DNA from: Amoebidium appalachense
Lineage: Eukaryota > Protista > Ichthyosporea
Direction of reading: 5' to 3'
Assembly: GCA_963693365.1 (NCBI GenBank)
Contig: CAVNZM010000005.1
Coordinates: 6,331,167-6,395,166, forward strand
Length of the DNA: 64,000 bases
Made by a program: the position numbers and the translations under genes. How positions within the stretch are numbered: the first letter of the stretch is position 1; each line of letters opens with the position of its first letter. The notes beneath the pieces were generated by a model. The model worked only from the letters and a program-made list of their open reading frames with translations. It made no database searches and was not told the DNA's origin. Shown here piece by piece: positions 56,882 through 64,000 of this stretch.

Positions 56882-57532
56882 GTGTTGCGATTGCGCGGAG
56901 CTCGTGTGTGGTTTATGTGTGTATGAAACTATTGTTTTCGTTTCATGATAGGCGTTCGTAACAGACACGACATTCGTAACATCATGAAGGGGTGGTCTAG
57001 TGGGTGATGGTGGGTGCCACGGTGGGCGAAGGAGTGAAAAGAAAGGAAAAGGTTGTGTGATGAGAGTGTGGCAGACGAAACCCACGAGGGTTCACTGGGG
57101 TCGAATGCTATAATAAGAAACATAACGAACAAGGACCGGTAGGGAGAAAGTAAGCCACGGAAAAAATCGGAGTCTAACGTTGCATTCACTCTGCTCGTAG
57201 CCATTAGGGGGTGTTAAGGCGAGCGTGAGACGCGCTGCGAATAGGGGAAGCGGGGGGTGGGGGGAGGAAGAGGAGGAGAAGGGAGGGGGGTTGATGGTGG
57301 TGGTAAGACAGGCGGAGGGAGGGGAGGGAGGTGGGGAGAGGAGAGAGGGGGGAGGGGGGGTCTTCCTAGAGCCCAACATAGCGAGGTTCTCCTCCTCTTC
57401 CATGTTCCTTTTGAGCTGAGCACCCTCACCTACGTTCTCAGTCAGAGGCATGACATTGATGTTTTCGGGGACAAGTGCGGCCATGGCGTTTAGGTCGGAC
57501 GGAGCAGGCTCCAATAGGGTGACAACAGACAT
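51459..57532 (-). CDS. C2H2 zinc-finger protein with an uncharacterised C-terminal domain; exons 57532-57430, 56568-56480, 55451-55362, 54500-54369, then tentative 52787-~52598 and 51551-51459
   Basis: Exons 2 and 3 join to give KPHVCGECSKKYATL|SSLRAHEKNKH. The first four exons are GT-AG and phase-consistent. The 3' exons read as protein (SYAGVASTEVMKVF...KSLRYG / AMLRLTGSLRLSYD...) but need a frame change or stop bypass and a non-canonical donor. Confidence 0.7.
53298..53444 (-). repeat. Dispersed intronic repeat B, copy 2
   Basis: Diverged inverted copy of 48193-48338. Confidence 0.85.
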
Positions 57533-58889
57533 GTTGGTCGTGACAGATTTGCGGAAGAGTTCACGTTGATAGATGGCAACTGGAAGCCTTTCTGGGAGCT
57601 TTTATTTGTCTTCGACAAGACAAACCAGATAATGGTAAGAGGCTTAGAAATCAATTTCCAACAAGCTTATTCTAGCGGATTTAGTGGCTTTGTTTTGAAC
57701 ATGACAGTGGCAGCTACGCGAGCGGAACAGCGAAATCATATATAGGTAATATTAGTGATTGGTTGAATAGCCTGGAATCAGGGTTGGCAAGCAGGGCTAG
57801 CAACTGCAAACCAAATTTCCGGTACTTGCTCGGAAACCTGACGCACGACCCTTCCCTTCCTGTGCGTGTATTGAATTTATTTTGGCGGGGTTTCCCCCCT
57901 AATAATTATTGTTTTTGGAAAGTTTTATCATTGCCTTAGGGAAGTGCACTACACAATGTGGGCACGCAGGAATATAAGGCGCAGAAACATTCTTTCCGAA
58001 GTGCTCACCGATTTTCGGTGTAAACCATTGACAAACGCTCAACGATGAACGTGATTTATTGCGGTGGGATAAAATACCTTCCCAGCGGGTCTGTATTGGC
58101 AGTTCGGGTCATTTCTTTGCCAAAGGAACCTGTATGTGCTTATAACAAAATACTACAATAAACAGTATTTTTTTCACACTGGGATCTGTATGCTTTTTTG
58201 TTGTAACTGGTTTCCCAGCAGCCCTGTGAGTCAAGCGTGACACACGCGACTCGCGCCCACCGTGCGACGACCTACATGAAAAAAAATCTGATGGTGACAG
58301 TAATAGATTTGAAGGTGAAAGAAACAGAATCAATACGTTAATAAATTCTATAAAAAATCCTTACATAACACTGTCTTTCTGTGTTTCAACTACGGCCTTC
58401 TGGTCAGAATCGTCATGAGCTCTGGTGGAACTGGGCCACTCTGGCAGCACTGCAGCTGACTGGCGTCACGCCATAAAACTGGAAAAAATATTTTTCACTA
58501 ACCAATCAAAGCGTGCTTTTCTTTGCAATAATTCATGATAACCAATCATACACCATTATTTTAGTAGGATTTGCATACCATCCATTCCTTCATACTCCCG
58601 CCCCCTTTTCTTTTGACCTTTACTTTCTCTGTTCGTTGCATATGCGCATGCAGGCAAGCGGTGGTGATGTTTTTATTGTAGAAGGCAGCGTAGAAACACT
58701 AGCATCTTTATATCTTACACCTAGCGGCCTTAGTCAGTCTGCGGCTTGCGAGGTTTCTCTTTTAATACCAACACACAACTTGGCAAGTTGGCGCCTCTAG
58801 ACTTCCTTATTTCGACTCAGTAGAAGTCCAACCGCTTTCTCAGTTTACGACAACCCTTCGGTCGTTTAGGGCTCCATAACTTAGTGAAA

Positions 58890-59239
58890 ATGGGGTGTGG
58901 TATGTCTCAAGAGGATCGTCAAGCATACGAACGCACGAAAGCTTTAGATAATGAGTTGAAAGAGGATAAGGAGAGGCTCTCCAACGAAGTGAAGCTCCTA
59001 CTTTTGGGTGCAGGAGAGTCAGGCAAGAGCACAATCGTAAAGCAGATGAAAATTATCCACGAGAATGGGTTTACCAAGGATGAATGTGAGACATACAGAG
59101 AGGTTGTGTTTGCCAACCTCATCCAGAGTATGCAGAATTTGCTGAGGGCTATGGATAACAAGCTTGGCATTGAGCTTGCTAACCCTGAGAATAAGGTGTG
59201 CCCCACTGCTTTTGCCTTTGAGTTCTCCCGCAAAGTGTG

Positions 59240-59299
<60 letters not shown>

Positions 59300-61220
59300 C
59301 TGTATGTGTGTTTTGCTCGTGCCTCGCCTTGTAGAGCTGTACGGTCACTATTCCTGTTGTTACACATTCCTCTCAGCTCCCACCTCTGCTCCGGCGGCCC
59401 TAGACTTACTCGTGTTTTCGTGGCCTAGGCTCTTGGGCATAAGCACAAGCACACACACATGCACCCACACACACCCAGACACAGAAACGCACGCACGCAA
59501 GCGTGCACACAGATGCACATCACACGTGCACGCACTCACACACGGACACGCACACATACGCAGGGAGAATGGTATGAGCAACATGATGCACTACACATGC
59601 TCTCGAGACCCACACGCACTGACAAAACACAGGGATACCCAAGCACACACACTTCACACACATACTGGCTCATGCACAGAAAGGTTGCAACTTCTTTTCG
59701 CTCCACTGTTAACCCTTATCGTGTCCCTATTTGCGAGCCTTTTGCTTCTGCAAACACAATAATCAGCCTGCACACTCCTGTATGTCGCCAGGCTTCTGGT
59801 TGTACTACCTCGCGATATATGGTTCAATAAGATTTTGATTGCGCTTGATCCACTATCTTACACATAAGCCTGTTGTTACTGTGTTGCTTTCAGCTTTGCC
59901 ACGATCAACGATGAAGTGCTATGTCGTGGGGGCAGCAATGCACAGCACCAGCCACACTTTCACACGCTTGCATGTATTGTTCCTTGCAGTGGGTGTGAAG
60001 ATTCAACTCTGAACCATGTTCGCTATCTCCTGTGGGTTTGAAAGTATAACAACAACAGCTCCTACCCTTTGAGAGAATCAAACATCTATCAACCTTCCTT
60101 TTAACGAGGGGAGAGGAAGCTCATTCTAATGTTGCCTAATCGCTTGCTGGCATATGATTTCTTTTCACACATTCTAGCTTTTAACCCGTTCCTTTCCAGA
60201 TGCACAAGCAGCACATCCTTGAGCTTGGTGACCAGGTGGAGTCGCTTGGTCTGCCGATGGACATTGCGCAGAGCATCAAGAAGCTGTGGGCAGACCAGGG
60301 GGTCAAGCAGACGTATGCAAGGCGCTCGGAGTTCTACGTGGTCGACTCGGCCGGATAGTGAGTGTCCGTGTGTTTGTGTGTGTGTGTGTGGGTGTGTGTG
60401 GGGTGGGGGGGGGGGGGGGGGGGGGGAGGGGGGGAGGGAGGGAGGGTTGAGGGAGCGGAACCCAGGGGTGGAGGGGAAGGGGGTGAGAGAGTGTGTGTTG
60501 TGGGGGCGAGGGGGGGGGGGGGGGGAGGGGCGCCAGGGGAAAGGGAATGGGTGGGGGGTGATGGTTGTATGGATGCGGAGTCGTGTGTTGTGTGGGTGTA
60601 TGCGCGTGACCGTGGGGGGGTGGGGAGGTGGGTAGGTGTGTGTGTGGGTGTTGTGGGTGTGTGGGCGGGGGGTTGAGGGGTAGGTTGAGTTTCTGGATGG
60701 AGGAGGGAGGAGGAGGGAGGGGTGCTAGGTGAAGAAGTGTCTGTGTTGTGACCCACAAGCATTGTATTTTGCAGCCATTTTGGTTTCTCTCTTTTCTGTG
60801 GTGCCTAGTGTTGTGTCTTTCCCCCCAGCGATAGGCCTAATAGGTGCGTGTGCATGCACTTGCGAAAGTGTCTGTGAACCATTGATTAGTATGTCGCTAT
60901 TTGGGTGCCTGAGTATATGTGTAGAGTTAAATCAATTCACCTGTGTACGGGGTGTGTGTGTGCCTGTGTTCCAGTGCATTATAGGGGTGTTTGGAGTCAA
61001 GGAAGTGTGTGCGGTTGATGTGTCAGTGTGTTTTCCTTACTTCTTTGCTGGTGTCAGTATACAGTTTGTGGTCGGTGAGTGGATATGTCTATATTTGGCT
61101 GTATGGTGTAATGAGATGAGGGGGCAACCCCCCCCTCCCCCCCGGGTCTCTCCCCAATTGTCTCTCCCCCCTCCGCCCTCTCTCACTGTCGTCCTTTTGT
61201 GTGTGTGTGTGGGTGTGGAT

Positions 61221-61257
<37 letters not shown>

Positions 61258-62413
61258 TTTGTGTGTGTGACCTATCTCCCTCCACATGGTTGATGTGCTG
61301 TGGTGTGTGTGTGTGTGTGTGTTTTGGAGGGAAGGGGGGGATGAGGGATTTTGAACAGGGTGTATGTATGTGTGTATTGAGTAGGGGGGGGGGGGGTTTG
61401 GTAAAATTTGGTGGGTATTATTTACTCTGTGATTTTTCATCGAAAGGCAGTGTTTGTTTTCTGGAAACACACATGCACTCCTGCGTCAGTGTGTCGTCTC
61501 CTCTGTCCGAGTGTGTTGCTTGGTGGGAAAGAGTGAAGTGAGGGAGGGCTCCCTGCTTTTGTGCACTCCCTCCCTCCCCTCCCTCCCCCGCCCCCCCGCG
61601 CATGCGCGCGCGTTGGGTTTCGTATATAAGGTGGACAGGTTGAAACTCGGGTGCTGTGGCTGTCCTCGAACCCCTTCTGAGATTGAGCTGTGCTCATCAT
61701 GTATACTCTTTGTGTTTGCTGTGCAAAAGCCTGCAGTCTCTTATCCGTCGTCAATGTGTTCTTCCATGTCTGTAGCACATTGTAACCTCCCCCCTCCCTC
61801 TCCCCCGTCTTTCCCCCTTCCCCCCTTCCCCCCTCCCCCCTCCTCCCACCTGTCGGCACTAATAACATTGTGATTCATCCACTAACCCACCCCCCCCCCC
61901 CCCCCCCCCACCCACCCACCACCACCACCACCACCACACACACTCAACGGCACCCCCCCCCCCCCCCCCCACACACACACCCCCACCTCTCGGGCTCCCC
62001 TTTCCTCAAATCCCCCCCCCCCCTCCCCGCCTCCCCCCTCCCCCACACAGCTTCTTTGACGAGGTAGACCGACTGATGGACCCGGTGTATGTGCCGAGCG
62101 AGGCGGACATTCTGCGGTGCCGCATCAAAACCACGGGAATAAACGAGACCCAGTTCGTCTACAAGGAGCTCAACTTCAGGTGCGTGTGGTTGTAAATGGG
62201 TTGGGAAGTGTGGGTGTATGTAGGTGGATGTGGGTGTGTTGGTGTAGGTGGATGTGGAGGTGTGTGGGTATGCGGGTGCGCGGGCGTGTGGGGGTGAGGG
62301 TGCGCGTGGTGGGTTTGGTGTGGGTTGATAAGTGGGATGAGTTTGTGTCTATGTGGATGTCTTGGATGCATGTGGGGGAAGTGGCTGGGTATGTGTGTGG
62401 TGTGGCTGGGGTG

Positions 62414-62444
<31 letters not shown>

Positions 62445-62461
62445 GGGGGGGGGAGAGGGTG

Positions 62462-62492
<31 letters not shown>

Positions 62493-63506
62493 AACGGGAT
62501 GGGTATGGGTGGATGAATGAGGTTGATGGTGGGAAGGGGTGGAAGAGTGGTGAGGAGAGAGGGGGGAGGGGGGGGAGTGTGTGTCTTTGTGGGGTATGTG
62601 TAGGGTGCTGGGTATGCTTGCGCGTGCGTGGGTATTGTATATGCACCATTTATCGTAGTTACACTGGTTATGGCGTGTGTGTTTGTGTGTGTGAACGGGG
62701 CAGAGCAAAGGGAAGGAAGGTGTGGGTGCGTGACATCGTGTATGTGCCGATGGAGAGGGAGGCGGGGGGAGGTGGGGAGGGGTTTGAAAGTGAATGAAGA
62801 AGCTTTCGAACGAGACTTGGTGCGTTGGTGGATCAGTTAGAGGGAGTGAGAGAGAACTTGTTGGAGTTGGTGTGTGGATGTGTTTGCGTGTGTGTTTGCG
62901 TGCATGTGCGCACTCATGTGTGTGTGTCGTGATGATGGCGGTGGTGGTGGCGGCGGCGGGAGGAGGGGGGAGGGGGGGGAGGGAAGGGGGGAGGGGGGAG
63001 GAGCGGGGAAGGGAAGGGAGGGAAGAGGTGTTAGGATATGGATGAAAAAGGGATGTGATGAGAAAGGCGAGGAATGGGAAGCAGTCGGATGAGATGGTGG
63101 GTGTGGGTTTAGAGAGAGGGGGGGGGGGGGGGTGAGGACAGGAAAGGGACTTACCCGAATAGGGCGGGAGGGGGGACGATAGGTGGTATTGAACTTACAC
63201 TCTCACAATTAGCAGAAGAGTGTAAGGGGGCTTCGTGCTCTGCCACAACTTTTAAAACACTAATGGTGCTTTCTGACTCGAGACAAGAGCTTATGGCGTG
63301 TTCTGATCCTACGAAAAAACTAACTTTGAATTCTGATTTGATGCAAAACCTAACTTGTCTTCTGGTTGGATTGCAGGATGTTTGATGTTGGTGGTCAGCG
63401 GTCGGAGCGTAAGAAGTGGATCCACTGCTTCGAGAATGTGACGGCCATCATCTTCTGTGTGGCCCTCAGTGGCTACGACATGGTCCTGCTCGAAGACGAG
63501 GAGACG
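58890..63506 (+). CDS. GNAO/GNAI-like: Heterotrimeric G protein alpha subunit, Gi/o type (3'-partial); exons 58890-59195, 60200-60357, 62051-62179, 63377-63506
   Basis: MGCGMS acylation motif, G1 GAGESGKS, G2 RIKTTG, G3 [17 protein letters not shown], and [12 protein letters not shown]. Introns are GT-AG and phase-consistent. The gene continues beyond 64000. Confidence 0.96.
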
Positions 63507-64000
63507 GTATGTTGCAATCCCTCCCCCCTCCCCCCTCCCCCCTCCTCCCTCCGCCCTGGGATAGGAAAAACTATCACAGCCACACGTGCACACTCAGAAA
63601 AACTATCACAGCCACACGTGCACACTCACACACAAACACACACACTCGCCCGCGCGCGAAAGGCACCCGCCTCCCCCCCCCCCCCCCCCCCCCCCCCCCT
63701 TTAAACACCCATACACACACCATCCCCTTTCTCTCTCATCGCAAGGGTGGGCAGAAACCCGGACAAGGGTGTGCTCTTGGAGAGTATGGCCTCCTCTGTA
63801 GTTCCGTGTATTCTTCTGAGAAGGACTGAGTTCCTGTATGTATTAGCATTGCCTTGTGACAAATTTCGTATGCGAGCGCTTCGACTGACATCTCTGGCAA
63901 TAGCCCATGTGTGCACGTGCGCACACACACACACACACACACATTGCAGCGATCGTGGAGAGCAAAGGGGAGCCAGACACACACACACACACACAAACAC

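Overview
Eukaryotic genomic DNA with spliceosomal introns and the standard genetic code. It is extremely rich in (CA/TG)n, (CT)n, (GATA)n, (CACG)n and poly-C/poly-G tracts, so most entries in the ORF track are artefacts. Five spliced gene models were built by hand: a secreted trypsin fused to three hevein-like Cys-rich repeats (20215-28350 +), a 7TM membrane protein (~33001-35092 +), an RraA/HMG-aldolase family gene with a GC-AG intron (44895-49356 +), a C2H2 zinc-finger gene with an unresolved 3' end (51459-57532 -), and a Gi/o-type G-alpha running off the window end (58890->). The G-alpha exon sizes match animal GNAI genes, which suggests a holozoan, possibly unicellular (inference). Single-exon candidates include a small protein with the neurabin/Phactr/Bni4-type PP1-docking motif and a hydrophobic tail (9511-9900). 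Mobile DNA comprises a non-autonomous hAT-like element (4096-5585), a TA-flanked Tc1/mariner/pogo-like element carrying a probable captured exon (41054-42725), a decayed Copia lacking its integrase core (~36791-39623), and two dispersed repeat pairs. The most notable pattern is that many introns are bracketed by mutually complementary simple repeats and have 3' splice sites without a polypyrimidine tract, which suggests RNA-structure-bridged splicing. No rRNA, tRNA or CRISPR array was seen.
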